A DNA stretch of 64,000 bases from the IMG/VR virus record IMGVR_UViG_3300021135_000003. One strand, 5' to 3'. Shown here piece after piece: positions 26,033 through 35,478 of this stretch. A model generated the notes under the pieces. That model saw nothing but the letters and a program-made list of their open reading frames with translations, did not search any database and was not told the origin of the DNA. The position numbers were made by a program, and so were the translations under genes. Within the stretch, counting starts at the first letter, position 1. Each line of letters begins with the position of its first letter. The DNA comes from a virus.

Positions 26033-26411
26033 AAAATACGCAGGGATCTGCTTTATGCTATTGATATTTGGTATAGGTTTTATGGCTTGGAAAGCGCAAG
26101 ATATGAGACAAAATTGTCGTATGGAAGCAATGAAAGCCAATAGAACAGCCGAGGATATAGTAAAGATATGTCCATGAAAAAAATACTGTCCGATACCATC
26201 AATGGAAAGCCATATCTGGGAGTAGAGGTAGACGATAAAATGCTGAAGTTATCGCTATTACAATATCAGCCAGACTGGAAATTTACTATGGATAAGAGAG
26301 TGATACCGCAGTTAATCGAATTTTTACAGGAATCAATAAAGTGATATCGGTATCATCGCATGGGGCTAAAAACTGATCCTATCTTGATACCCTTGTCTTT
26401 CCACAATCGCC

Positions 26412-26708
26412 ATGCCAACTAAACGCATTCGAAAATATCCCGAGAAGAAATGCCCCACATGCTCTAAGTTATTCACTAAGCAGGGAAAGTATTGCTGTCG
26501 TGCGTGCGGTAACTCTCGTGTATTTACCCCTACCTATAAAGCAAAGGTATCAAATGCGCTGAAGCAAAAGATGATAGATGATCCTGAATTTAAACAAAAA
26601 CAGATCGCCAAGATTATGCCAGATATACCTATACCCCCACAAGTAGAATCACCACTGGGTTTGGATCAGTTTATATCCGATGGTGACCTATGGACTGAAG
26701 CTGAATAA
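26412..26708 (+). CDS. Zinc-ribbon protein
   Basis: CPTC...YCCRACGN. Confidence 0.6.
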   Translation: MPTKRIRKYPEKKCPTCSKLFTKQGKYCCRACGNSRVFTPTYKAKVSNALKQKMIDDPEFKQKQIAKIMPDIPIPPQVESPLGLDQFISDGDLWTEAE

Positions 26709-26743
26709 CATAGTAAATTTTAGGGAAATAACATAGTAAATTT
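26704..26743 (+). repeat. 17-bp direct repeat x2
   Basis: AATAACATAGTAAATTT at 26704 and 26727. Confidence 0.8.
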
Positions 26744-26767
26744 CTGCAAGAATTAGATCAAATATAC

Positions 26768-26796
26768 TTGACTTGCAGCGACTTATCCCGTATAAT
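26768..26796 (+). promoter_or_regulatory. Sigma70-type promoter with no obvious gene behind it
   Basis: TTGACT-17-TATAAT. Confidence 0.6.
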
Positions 26797-26862
26797 AACC
26801 ATGTCGGGTTTGATATTCCCTAATAAGATCCTGTTGTAACAAGGGTTTAGATCCGTAGTTTA

Positions 26863-26927
26863 TTCCCTACTATTCTGTAGGGTTATCCAAGAAATCCCTT
26901 TACTTTAATTCCGATTTAGCGTATACT
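26863..26927 (+). promoter_or_regulatory. Stem-loop plus promoter cassette
   Basis: CCCTAC/GTAGGG; TTTACT 26899-904, 17 bp, TATACT 26922-27. Confidence 0.75.
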
Positions 26928-26957
26928 TACTGTATGATGATTGAAAAAGGACTTAAA

Positions 26958-27212
26958 ATGATTGTAAATCGTGGTGACGTGATTCGCTCTTACGACTTTA
27001 AACCGATGGTTGGTCGTGAGGATTGTTTTGTTGAGGGTGTTGTTGAGCGTGAGTGTACCGATCAAGGATATACTGCTTACAAGATTACCGTGACTAAAGA
27101 CTCATGGTCTGACGCCACTGACAAGGGTCGTGTTGGTAAGATCGTTTATGTTCCTAAGATGGTTGCATTCATGGACTATCCAGGTCGTGTTATTAACCTA
27201 TCCCGTATCTAA
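26958..27212 (+). CDS. Hypothetical protein
   Basis: AAAGGA RBS; GDVIRSYDF..REDCFVEG. Confidence 0.7.
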   Translation: MIVNRGDVIRSYDFKPMVGREDCFVEGVVERECTDQGYTAYKITVTKDSWSDATDKGRVGKIVYVPKMVAFMDYPGRVINLSRI

Positions 27213-27226
27213 GAGGGGTCACTACT

Positions 27227-27391
27227 ATGAGGGGTTCTATACGTGCTATTACTGGTCTTATCATCACTCTCGGTGCTGCTGGTGGTTTGGATACTGCTGC
27301 TGATCGTCAGCTTTATGTGGTCATACTCATTGCTGTCCTTGGTCTTGGTCTTATGTATAGTGGGGTATCTGCTATGAAGGAGATCCGTTAA
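27227..27391 (+). CDS. Small two-TM membrane protein (not in ORF track)
   Basis: GAGG RBS; MRGSIRAITGLIITLGAAGG... Confidence 0.6.
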   Translation: MRGSIRAITGLIITLGAAGGLDTAADRQLYVVILIAVLGLGLMYSGVSAMKEIR

Positions 27392-27606
27392 TGGCCAAGA
27401 TTCGTGCTATTGTTAATGGTGTCAGTTACTATACTAACACTGCTGCATTAAAGAAACAAACCAGCAGTGCCCATACTCTGCAGAATACAGCGTTGTTTTT
27501 TGCTCTAGATAAGATGGGTAAGAATATGGGTGTTGCTACGACAGTGGTATTGTATGATGGTAAGATGCAGCACCATTCATTTGATGTCCAGTTGAGTGTC
27601 GTATAA
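27391..27606 (+). CDS. Hypothetical protein
   Basis: AAGGAG RBS; TAATG coupling. Confidence 0.65.
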   Translation: MAKIRAIVNGVSYYTNTAALKKQTSSAHTLQNTALFFALDKMGKNMGVATTVVLYDGKMQHHSFDVQLSVV

Positions 27607-27770
27607 GGGGATAGGGGTAAATTGAAATCTATATTGAGTTGGACGGGAGTCTCTGCTACAGGACGCTATGTACGACCGACCGATTTTACCTCGGAATAAC
27701 CTACAGCAATTAGAACTCACAGTCAGAAAAAAATTCCCCGAGAAAATTTTTGTTGTAAAAGGTTGCTAGA

Positions 27771-27986
27771 ATGAAATTATGCTACTCAAAAAAGAAGTAT
27801 TATGTTCACTTGTATAAAATGATTGAAGGCAGTGATGCTAATGGTAGGTGGAGCATGAATTACATATGCACACCTCACTTAGGTCGTGCAAGATATTATG
27901 CTAAAAAATTGAAACTAAAGCATAGACAAATAGATGTGCGTGAGCGAGGCAAAAAGCCCTATGTTTTACAAGGAAGTTGGTTATGA
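27771..27986 (+). CDS. Hypothetical basic protein
   Basis: ORF in co-directional run. Confidence 0.55.
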   Translation: MKLCYSKKKYYVHLYKMIEGSDANGRWSMNYICTPHLGRARYYAKKLKLKHRQIDVRERGKKPYVLQGSWL

Positions 27987-28234
27987 ACGAACGAATTAAA
28001 GCATTAGCAGTCGAAGCAGACTTTATGTTATGTGAGGACGGTAACTTTTACAGCGAAGAACAGTCACAAAAAATTACCGATGGACTACAAAAGTTCGCCG
28101 AGTCGATTGTTCAGGAATGTGCTGAACACGCACTAACCTTTAACAATAATTTACAATCACTAAATGATAAAGAAATTCGTAGTCATTCTAGTAGGGTGAG
28201 TGATTATATTAAAGACCGTATGGGAGTTGAATAA
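27983..28234 (+). CDS. Hypothetical protein
   Basis: MNERIKALA..KFAESIVQECA, a common phage motif. Confidence 0.65.
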   Translation: MNERIKALAVEADFMLCEDGNFYSEEQSQKITDGLQKFAESIVQECAEHALTFNNNLQSLNDKEIRSHSSRVSDYIKDRMGVE

Positions 28235-28491
28235 TGGCATCAGTTAAAGACTATTTTGAAGAACGTGATGCGGATAAACCTTCACCTACTTGGGTTTATG
28301 GAGATCGTATCTCTGGTCGACTAGGTAAGGTTCCAGTCATGGGTATGGTTATTCGTGAGGATTATAATGATTCTTCTTTGGTATTATGTCATCTCGATCT
28401 CCCAGTAAAAGACGGAGACGAATATAGAGTTATTGTTCGTGTACCCAGTAGAGGAATGAAACGATTAAAGGTGTATGATGAAAAAGATTGA
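28234..28491 (+). CDS. Hypothetical protein
   Basis: TAATG coupling. Confidence 0.6.
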   Translation: MASVKDYFEERDADKPSPTWVYGDRISGRLGKVPVMGMVIREDYNDSSLVLCHLDLPVKDGDEYRVIVRVPSRGMKRLKVYDEKD

Positions 28492-28672
28492 TAGATTTGC
28501 ATTTGATACTAATCTAGATGTTTATGGTCTAGGTAAGGATAAAGCCAAGTGGGATGCTAGGCTAGAAGCGTATACTGAGCAGATTGTTCAGTATGTTATG
28601 TGGAAATATGGTCAGACTCGTACTGAACCGAATCTTGGTAAGTTTATTATGGATGGGCTAAAGAATGAGTGA
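28475..28672 (+). CDS. Hypothetical protein
   Basis: AAGG RBS. Confidence 0.55.
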   Translation: MMKKIDRFAFDTNLDVYGLGKDKAKWDARLEAYTEQIVQYVMWKYGQTRTEPNLGKFIMDGLKNE

Positions 28673-28991
28673 TTATCATCCAGATAAGTGGGTATTGCTT
28701 AAGATAGGAGATGAGAATCTCTATAAGGTCTTTGCGTGTTGGTATGGCGGATATGCTGGATCTGACTCGTGGCAGTTAAATAGTGGTGTAGTTTCCGTAA
28801 CCCAGGAAGGATATGTTTATTCCTTTGAGGGATCGTCGGGATCCGTGTATCATTGTCATTCGGATTCGTATGGTACTAATTTTTATGGTGGTGGCGTTCT
28901 TGATAATCTAATTAAGAAATTTGCTGATAATGGTGTGATCATTGAGATTCTAGATGAGAATGTAGATCCAATGACTTTAATTTATGAATAG
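28665..28991 (+). CDS. Conserved phage hypothetical protein
   Basis: PDKWV..YKVFACWYGGY.GSDSW.LNSG motif. Confidence 0.7.
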   Translation: MSDYHPDKWVLLKIGDENLYKVFACWYGGYAGSDSWQLNSGVVSVTQEGYVYSFEGSSGSVYHCHSDSYGTNFYGGGVLDNLIKKFADNGVIIEILDENVDPMTLIYE

Positions 28992-28999
28992 GAAATAAA

Positions 29000-29338
29000 A
29001 TGGTTGGTCTTGAACTTGATATGGAAACAGCGAATAATATTACACGATTGACCCTTACGGACTATCGAGATTATTTGCAGAGTGAAAATGATCGCTGGGA
29101 AGCAAACCCAAAGGATGAAGACAATCCCGATGGGTATTGGTTGCACCCACAAGATTATTCACGTAACTTTAAAACAGTGCGACGCATTAATAAACTATTG
29201 GAAGACTTCGGAGGAGAATTATATGGCCAACGTCAAGCAAGGGAATTTAGCTCGCCCACCTCAATGGTGGAAGCATCTAAGGGATTGGAAGCGTACTTTT
29301 TGGAAATCCGAAAGAGCAAAACAAAACAAAAGGATTAA
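29000..29338 (+). CDS. Hypothetical protein
   Basis: AGGA RBS; C-terminus overlaps next ORF. Confidence 0.55.
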   Translation: MVGLELDMETANNITRLTLTDYRDYLQSENDRWEANPKDEDNPDGYWLHPQDYSRNFKTVRRINKLLEDFGGELYGQRQAREFSSPTSMVEASKGLEAYFLEIRKSKTKQKD

Positions 29339-29351
29339 GGATGAGTTATAG
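29223..29351 (+). CDS. Small Trp/basic protein
   Basis: GGAGGAG RBS; MANVKQGNLARPPQWWKHLRDWKRTFWKSER. Confidence 0.6.
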   Translation: MANVKQGNLARPPQWWKHLRDWKRTFWKSERAKQNKRIKDEL

Positions 29352-29628
29352 TCGGTGGAGTAATAGTTCTTGGTATACATTCTGGAACAACTCCTCAGGA
29401 GATGATAGAGACAGTCAAGTATTATCTGCATGGTATTCAATGGATGCAAATGATTGTATTGATTGGACCTATGAAGAAATTGAAGATCTAATGAAAGAAT
29501 CATTTGATGAAATTACAAAACGTATTATGATTCGATATAGAAACTGTTCTCCAGACGAAGCAGGTGAACTGCAAGAAATTATGCAACTATTTGTTTCTGA
29601 TGTAAAGTCAGATTTCCCTTTACTTTAA
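29341..29628 (+). CDS. Hypothetical protein
   Basis: MSYSRWSNSSWYTFW motif. Confidence 0.65.
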   Translation: MSYSRWSNSSWYTFWNNSSGDDRDSQVLSAWYSMDANDCIDWTYEEIEDLMKESFDEITKRIMIRYRNCSPDEAGELQEIMQLFVSDVKSDFPLL

Positions 29629-29647
29629 TTAAGAAGTAGGGTATAAT
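29619..29647 (+). promoter_or_regulatory. Sigma70-type promoter
   Basis: TTTACT-17-TATAAT. Confidence 0.75.
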
Positions 29648-29653
29648 AGTTGT

Positions 29654-29803
29654 ATGAAATATATTATTGTATTGTTTTTATCTGGCTGCGCAAATGTTAC
29701 AATGATGGATCAGTTGCATGTTAATAATAATGCACCCAATAATTTCGTTGGCAATCCTTGTAATTTTTATGTTGGTGATTACTGTATGTGGGTCAAGAAA
29801 TGA
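29654..29803 (+). CDS. Small lipoprotein (49 aa, leaderless, not in ORF track)
   Basis: MKYIIVLFLSGC lipobox; two further Cys. Confidence 0.6.
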   Translation: MKYIIVLFLSGCANVTMMDQLHVNNNAPNNFVGNPCNFYVGDYCMWVKK

Positions 29804-29970
29804 CAGATGAAGACGCATTGATAATATACAATGAAATGGAAAAGTTCTTTGGATCTTTACCAAATTTTGAACATGAGCCAATTCAATTTGCAAATTGTGT
29901 TAAATTATTTAAATATTATAAACAGAGAGAATTAAATGGAAGATCAGAAACTAGTATCCCTCAGCAATGA
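29800..29970 (+). CDS. Hypothetical protein
   Basis: LPNFEHEPIQF motif; ATGA coupling. Confidence 0.6.
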   Translation: MTDEDALIIYNEMEKFFGSLPNFEHEPIQFANCVKLFKYYKQRELNGRSETSIPQQ

Positions 29971-30154
29971 AGTTGATAAAACCCTACATGCGTTATGTGG
30001 GAAATATGATATTAATCCTTTATCTCTTACTGGTGTAATTCTGGCTCGATTGAAAATTATTGCTGAAGCTGGAGAAGCAACAGAAGATTTTAATAAACTA
30101 TTGAACCATGTTATTACAACCAATTTTACCCCACGAAAATTTACTGTACAATGA
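29936..30154 (+). CDS. Hypothetical protein
   Basis: ORF in co-directional run. Confidence 0.6.
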   Translation: MEDQKLVSLSNEVDKTLHALCGKYDINPLSLTGVILARLKIIAEAGEATEDFNKLLNHVITTNFTPRKFTVQ

Positions 30155-30161
30155 GAAAAAA

Positions 30162-31073
30162 ATGAAAATCGCAATTTGCTCTGACGTCCATCTTGAATTT
30201 GGACAACTTGAACTGGAAAATACAGAAAATGCTGAAGTCCTTGTTTTATCTGGTGATATTTGTACTGCTGTTGATCTTCGTGTCACCGATAGTATTTTAT
30301 CTAGTGCTAAAACTGATCGCTATCTTGATTTTTTTACTGCTTGTAGTAGGAACTTTCCTCATGTGGTTTATGTTATGGGTAATCACGAGCATTACCATGG
30401 TGACTTTGCTACTTCTGCAGGTTATCTAAGAGATGCCATGAAACAATGTGGTGATAATATTCACTTTCTTGATAAAGAAGTTTGGAAATATAAAGACCAT
30501 GTGTTTATCGGTGGTACTCTCTGGACTGATATGAATGGTGAAGATGAAATGACCATGCGCCACGTTGAGCGTCGCATGAATGACTTCCAAATTTGTAAGA
30601 ATAGTTTACGTCAAGTAAATTACCGAACTAATGAACCAATTCTTGATGCTGAAGGCAATCAGGTAAAAGATGAGAATGGTGTTCCAAAATACCATGCAAC
30701 ATTCCATGTTCGTGACGCATACCTTTCTCCATCTGATGCAGTTGAAGACCACAAAGCAATGTTGAAGTTTATTGAAGAAACTTACGCAGATATTCCTCCA
30801 TGGAAGACTGCTGTTGTTTGTACTCACCATGCCCCAAGCAAAGGTTCTGAGCATCCACGTTATAAACACGACCAACTAATGAATGGTGCGTATAATTCTA
30901 AGTTGGATACTTTTATTATGGATCGTCCAGGAATTAAACTTTGGACTCATGGTCATACTCATGAAGACTTTGACTATATGATTAAACAATGCCGTGTTGT
31001 TTGTAATCCACGTGGATATATTAACTACGAGGATCGCGCAGATCGGTTTGAATTGAAGGTTGTGGAGGTTTAA
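30162..31073 (+). CDS. Metallophosphoesterase
   Basis: SDVHLE, SGDI, GNHEHY, THHAP, HGHTH, NPRGY. Confidence 0.9.
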   Translation: MKIAICSDVHLEFGQLELENTENAEVLVLSGDICTAVDLRVTDSILSSAKTDRYLDFFTACSRNFPHVVYVMGNHEHYHGDFATSAGYLRDAMKQCGDNIHFLDKEVWKYKDHVFIGGTLWTDMNGEDEMTMRHVERRMNDFQICKNSLRQVNYRTNEPILDAEGNQVKDENGVPKYHATFHVRDAYLSPSDAVEDHKAMLKFIEETYADIPPWKTAVVCTHHAPSKGSEHPRYKHDQLMNGAYNSKLDTFIMDRPGIKLWTHGHTHEDFDYMIKQCRVVCNPRGYINYEDRADRFELKVVEV

Positions 31074-31267
31074 TGAGAGACCGATGGGTATTAACTGTTG
31101 AAGAAGATCCAGAAACGGGAGATTTAATGCTCCCGTTTACTGATGAGATACTTGCCAAATGTGGATGGCAAATTGGTGACACATTAACATGGACTGTAAA
31201 AACAAACGGATCCATTATTTTATCTAAGAAGGAAATTGACGATGCCGAAATTCACACTGATAGCTGA
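31073..31267 (+). CDS. AbrB/MazE-like small protein
   Basis: GDLMLPFTDEIL..GWQIGDTLTW..GSIILSK. Confidence 0.65.
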   Translation: MRDRWVLTVEEDPETGDLMLPFTDEILAKCGWQIGDTLTWTVKTNGSIILSKKEIDDAEIHTDS

Positions 31268-31487
31268 ACACAATGATATGTTTGGCAGAATGCTTAGTAA
31301 AACTACTCATGAATTTGATGTAGATTATATTGGTGATGTTCTTGAAAACGTAGATTTGTTTTTACGTGGAGCAGGATTTAATCCAACTGGAACGCTTGAC
31401 TATGTTGAAGAACTTGTTGAGCCAACTATGGAAGACTGGGATAAAGTTCATTCACAACATTATTTTGATACGGAGCGAAACAAATGA
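31242..31487 (+). CDS. Hypothetical protein
   Basis: MPKFTLI..FLRGAGF motif. Confidence 0.6.
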   Translation: MPKFTLIAEHNDMFGRMLSKTTHEFDVDYIGDVLENVDLFLRGAGFNPTGTLDYVEELVEPTMEDWDKVHSQHYFDTERNK

Positions 31488-31858
31488 GTAAAGTATTTAC
31501 AGATGTAGAAGTATTTCTATCTGCTTGTGGACAAAAACATCCAAATTTCCCAAGCGAACCAAATGAACTCTCAGATCTCTATTTAAAATTGATCGATGAA
31601 GAGTATAATGAGTTTGCAGAAGCAGTTGCAGACAATGATGACGCTGAACAACTCGATGCTTGTTTCGATATGATGTGGGTTATCATCGGTTATATGAAAG
31701 CACGTGGTTGGGATTGCGAAACTGCGTGGGATGAGGGTGCAAAAAGCAATTTATCCAAGATTAACCCTACTACTGGTATGGTTTTTCGTCGTGAAGATGG
31801 TAAAATTCTGAAACCAGAGGGGTGGAAACCACCTAATTTTGCAAAATTCGTGAAATAA
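31484..31858 (+). CDS. MazG/HisE-like NTP pyrophosphohydrolase
   Basis: LIDEEYNE, DACFD, SNLSK, REDGKILKP. Confidence 0.8.
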   Translation: MSKVFTDVEVFLSACGQKHPNFPSEPNELSDLYLKLIDEEYNEFAEAVADNDDAEQLDACFDMMWVIIGYMKARGWDCETAWDEGAKSNLSKINPTTGMVFRREDGKILKPEGWKPPNFAKFVK

Positions 31859-31859
31859 C

Positions 31860-31888
31860 TTGACTTTAATTAAAAAGTCAGGTATAAT
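31860..31888 (+). promoter_or_regulatory. Sigma70-type promoter (leaderless gene follows)
   Basis: TTGACT-17-TATAAT, ATG 6 nt later. Confidence 0.75.
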
Positions 31889-31894
31889 ATTAAT

Positions 31895-32401
31895 ATGATT
31901 ACACTATACTTAGACATGGATGGCGTGCTTTGCAACTTTGACAAAGCATATCGCTCTTTACGCACTCATGCAGCTGATGGAAAACGATTTCGTTCAGCTG
32001 TTATGGATTTTCACATCTTTGAAGATCTGGAATTTATGCCAGATACACAAGAATTACTCACTTATGTGAGCAAACTCGACTTAATTAATATTGAAATTCT
32101 CACTTCCATGGGAACTTTTGATGTTCAGCAAGGAAATGAAGCAAAAAGACAAAAACAAAAATGGTTAGATAAATGGAATATTCCATATAAAGCCAATTTT
32201 GTTCGTTCTAAAGAAGAAAAATCTAATTTTGCTCACGATCGAGCAATATTAGTTGATGATTCTCCAGGATGCATCGACCCATTTTCTGCAAAGAATGGAT
32301 ATGGAATTTTACATACACGTTCATCTGATACAATTCAGCAAATTCATGATACTATTCGTGGTATTCGTGGGTTATATGCATTAAGGAAAGATTATGCTTG
32401 A
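31895..32401 (+). CDS. HAD-family 5'(3')-deoxyribonucleotidase
   Basis: YLDMDGVL, ILTS, ILVDD. Confidence 0.8.
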   Translation: MITLYLDMDGVLCNFDKAYRSLRTHAADGKRFRSAVMDFHIFEDLEFMPDTQELLTYVSKLDLINIEILTSMGTFDVQQGNEAKRQKQKWLDKWNIPYKANFVRSKEEKSNFAHDRAILVDDSPGCIDPFSAKNGYGILHTRSSDTIQQIHDTIRGIRGLYALRKDYA

Positions 32402-32705
32402 TATTTTTGGACCAACTATTGAATGGATTAAAGATGACTGGAGAAGTAACCCTACTAGATTTGTTCTTGAGCTGCTTGCTTGGGCTATCAGTGTTGGCTG
32501 CAGCATCACGATGGCAGTCACAGTCCCTAATCCTCCTCTTATTTTACTATACCCTGTCTGGATTAGTGGCTGTGCTCTTTATGCTTATGCTGCTTATACT
32601 CGGAAATCGTTTGGGATGCTTGCTAACTATATCTTGTTAACAAGTATTGATACATTTGGATTAATAAGGATGTTGGTGGCGACTGGGGTTTTAAAACACT
32701 GGTAA
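32394..32705 (+). CDS. Membrane protein
   Basis: Three hydrophobic helices. Confidence 0.7.
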   Translation: MLDIFGPTIEWIKDDWRSNPTRFVLELLAWAISVGCSITMAVTVPNPPLILLYPVWISGCALYAYAAYTRKSFGMLANYILLTSIDTFGLIRMLVATGVLKHW

Positions 32706-32713
32706 AAGGAAAT

Positions 32714-33286
32714 ATGTTTAAAGATCTAATAATTGTACCAAATTTTTTTGATAATCCAGAAGAGATTGTTAATATAGCAAAATCTAACACATTTTATGCT
32801 CACACAGAGCACCCCAAAGATAAGGGTACGCAAATTTATTATGGTGGCAAACGATCTGAACAATTAGATGAATATACAAATAATATCTTAAGTGATACTT
32901 TTATAAAAAAAGTAGTTTTTGATAATATTCCGCCAGACTCAACTAGAAATGTTGAATATATGGGTAGTGCATATTTTCATTATTTTTCAAAAGAATATCT
33001 TGGTGGTAAATCTGAAATACATCAAGACTCTGAATTTCTTTCTGGTGTAATTTACTTAAACGACAAACCATTAGAAAACCCAAACGACCATGGAACTATC
33101 GTCTTTAATCAAAATAATGATTCATTTATTATGCCATATATATTTAATACATTAATTATGTATCGCTCTGATTATATTCATGCCCCACTTGCAGGATTTG
33201 GTGAAGATAAAAATAATGGTAGATTATCCCTAGTATTTACTGTACAAAAACTTAAATTAGAAATTTCTCGAAAAACTTTATCATGA
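32714..33286 (+). CDS. 2OG-Fe(II) oxygenase-like (DUF6445-like)
   Basis: NFFDNP, IHQD, SGVIYL, FNTLIMY..IHA, GRL. Confidence 0.7.
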   Translation: MFKDLIIVPNFFDNPEEIVNIAKSNTFYAHTEHPKDKGTQIYYGGKRSEQLDEYTNNILSDTFIKKVVFDNIPPDSTRNVEYMGSAYFHYFSKEYLGGKSEIHQDSEFLSGVIYLNDKPLENPNDHGTIVFNQNNDSFIMPYIFNTLIMYRSDYIHAPLAGFGEDKNNGRLSLVFTVQKLKLEISRKTLS

Positions 33287-33825
33287 ATATTTTTTATCTT
33301 GACAACGATCCCCGTAAGTGTGCAGAAATGCACGTTGATAAACATTGCGTAAAGATGATTCTCGAATATGCACAATTACTTTCTACTGCTCACCGCTATC
33401 TTGACGGTATTCTTACTAATGGTTTATCTAAGTCTGGTCGCAAACGGAAGCAATACATTCTCTCCGATAATCGTGAGCATATATTGTATAGTGCTACTCA
33501 TATTAACCATCCCTCTGCTGTTTGGGTAAGACAGTCGCTAGAAAATTATCAATGGCTTTATAATTTGTTTGTTGACTTATGTTACGAATACAAATTTAGA
33601 TATAATCGTGATCATAAAACATCATTGTTAATGTCAACATTACAATTTCCACCTAATCATATTCCAAAAGATAAATCATTTACTGAACCAACACCAGCGA
33701 TGCCTGACAAATATAAAGTAGCTGGCAATTCTGTGTTATCGTATCATAATTACTATATTGGCGATAAAGCAGAAATGTTTACTTGGAAAAATCGTCAACC
33801 ACCTAAGTGGATTGCATACGTATAA
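33283..33825 (+). CDS. Pyrimidine-dimer DNA glycosylase (DenV-like)
   Basis: MNIFYLD, DKHCVKMILEYAQLLSTAH, THINHPSAVW, AMPD.YK. Confidence 0.8.
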   Translation: MNIFYLDNDPRKCAEMHVDKHCVKMILEYAQLLSTAHRYLDGILTNGLSKSGRKRKQYILSDNREHILYSATHINHPSAVWVRQSLENYQWLYNLFVDLCYEYKFRYNRDHKTSLLMSTLQFPPNHIPKDKSFTEPTPAMPDKYKVAGNSVLSYHNYYIGDKAEMFTWKNRQPPKWIAYV

Positions 33826-33826
33826 G

Positions 33827-34429
33827 ATGCAGTACATTAATTTATTTCCAACACCACTATACGTTGATGAACAATTAGAATTAGCAAAAGAAATTCTTCC
33901 AGTGGCAGAAGATTATCTAAATGTATATGGTGACAAATATCTGAATCAACAAAATTATGATTCAACATATAATATTAATTCTGCTGGATTAAAACAAAGA
34001 ACAGATGCAAGATTAATTAATCTCAATAATTATATTAAGACTGCATCTAGAAAATATTTTGAAGATAATTGTATAGATTCTACTGGATGGTCTTTGACAC
34101 CATATTATTTGTTTAATAAAATAACATCTGGTGGAGCGCATCCACCCCACCCACACCCAGGATCATTATTATCTGGATGTTTTTATTTAAAAGTACCAAA
34201 AGATTCTGCGCCAATTGTATACAATGATCCAAGAGACTATTGGAAATTTATACAATATCCAATTAAATTTGGAGATACTATAGAAAAATATAATTTATTT
34301 CCAGAATATGTTATTAACCCAGTTGAAGGAACATTTTTAATGTGGCCAAGTTGGTTATGTCATGAAGTTCCAGCAAGTGCTAATACTGAAGACAGAATTT
34401 GTGTTGCGTTTAATCTTCAACCAAACTAA
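33827..34429 (+). CDS. 2OG-Fe(II) oxygenase (TIGR02466-like)
   Basis: LFPTP, HPHPGS.LSGCFY, DPR, WPSWLCHEV, RICVAFN. Confidence 0.8.
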   Translation: MQYINLFPTPLYVDEQLELAKEILPVAEDYLNVYGDKYLNQQNYDSTYNINSAGLKQRTDARLINLNNYIKTASRKYFEDNCIDSTGWSLTPYYLFNKITSGGAHPPHPHPGSLLSGCFYLKVPKDSAPIVYNDPRDYWKFIQYPIKFGDTIEKYNLFPEYVINPVEGTFLMWPSWLCHEVPASANTEDRICVAFNLQPN

Positions 34430-34449
34430 ATAGAAGGTAAGGAGATATT

Positions 34450-34698
34450 ATGCCAACATATGTATTTCGTAATAAAGAAACTGGCGAACAGTTTGAACAA
34501 GTGATGAAAATGTCAGAACTCGACCCATTCAGGGAAAATAATCCCCACCTAGAAACAGTAATCCAATCAGTAGCATTTGGAGATCCTACTAAATTAAGCA
34601 CAACTCGTAAATTTGATTCAGGATTTAAGGAGGTATTACAAAAAATACACGAACGATCACCAGGAAGCGAATTAAATAAAACATCGTCACAACTATAA
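34450..34698 (+). CDS. FmdB-like small protein
   Basis: MPTYVF..GEQFE..GFKEVLQKI; late promoter upstream. Confidence 0.65.
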   Translation: MPTYVFRNKETGEQFEQVMKMSELDPFRENNPHLETVIQSVAFGDPTKLSTTRKFDSGFKEVLQKIHERSPGSELNKTSSQL

Positions 34699-34707
34699 GG
34701 AATTCTA

Positions 34708-35478
34708 ATGGCTCGTACTTCGGCAGCAAAAAAAGTAATAGAAATACATAATGAAGAACGTGAGTCAAAGCCAGTTGCTAGTAATCAATTAAAATTAAGA
34801 TTAGATAATTTAAAAACATTTCAACCATTAACTGATAATCAAAAACTATTTTATAATGCATATAAACAGGGTGACTACTTTATAGCACTCCATGGCGTCG
34901 CAGGTACTGGTAAAACTTTCATTGCACTTTATAAAGCAATTGAAGAAGTCCTCGATAAAACAAATCCATTCAATAAAATTATCGTAGTTCGTTCTGCGGT
35001 CCAATCTCGCGAAATTGGTCACCTTCCAGGCGATGTTGGTGAAAAGATGGATATCTATGAACAACCATATCGTCAAATCTGCCATCAGTTATTTGATCGT
35101 AAAGACGCATGGGATCGTTTAGAAGAACAGGGTTATGTAACTTTTATTTCTACCTCGTTTATTCGTGGTATGTCTTTTGATAATGCAATTATTATCGTTG
35201 ACGAGATGCAGAACTTGACTTATGAAGAGATTGATACAGTTATGACTCGTGTTGGTCATATGTCTAAAATTATCTGGTGTGGGGATTATCGACAAACCGA
35301 CCTAAATAAAAGAAAGAACGACGTTACTGGTATTTTAAAGTTTTTTGATATTGCTCAACACATGAAAGCATTTACTCGTATTGAATTTACTGTAGATGAT
35401 ATTGTTCGTTCATCACTAGTAAAAGATTATATTTTAGCCAAACTAAAATATGAAGATTACGAGGACAAGAAAAAATAA
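34708..35478 (+). CDS. phoH: PhoH-family ATPase
   Basis: GVAGTGKT, IGHLPG, FIRGMSF, IVDEMQN, GDYRQTDL. Confidence 0.92.
   Translation: MARTSAAKKVIEIHNEERESKPVASNQLKLRLDNLKTFQPLTDNQKLFYNAYKQGDYFIALHGVAGTGKTFIALYKAIEEVLDKTNPFNKIIVVRSAVQSREIGHLPGDVGEKMDIYEQPYRQICHQLFDRKDAWDRLEEQGYVTFISTSFIRGMSFDNAIIIVDEMQNLTYEEIDTVMTRVGHMSKIIWCGDYRQTDLNKRKNDVTGILKFFDIAQHMKAFTRIEFTVDDIVRSSLVKDYILAKLKYEDYEDKKK

Noticed and set aside
26412-26708. Homing endonuclease
   Set aside because: Zinc-ribbon-like part only; no HNH or GIY-YIG catalytic motif.
26704-26743. CRISPR mini-array (given the Cas4-like nuclease at 36894)
   Set aside because: Only two 17-bp copies with a 6-bp gap. The nuclease is the ordinary T4-like PD-(D/E)xK exonuclease.
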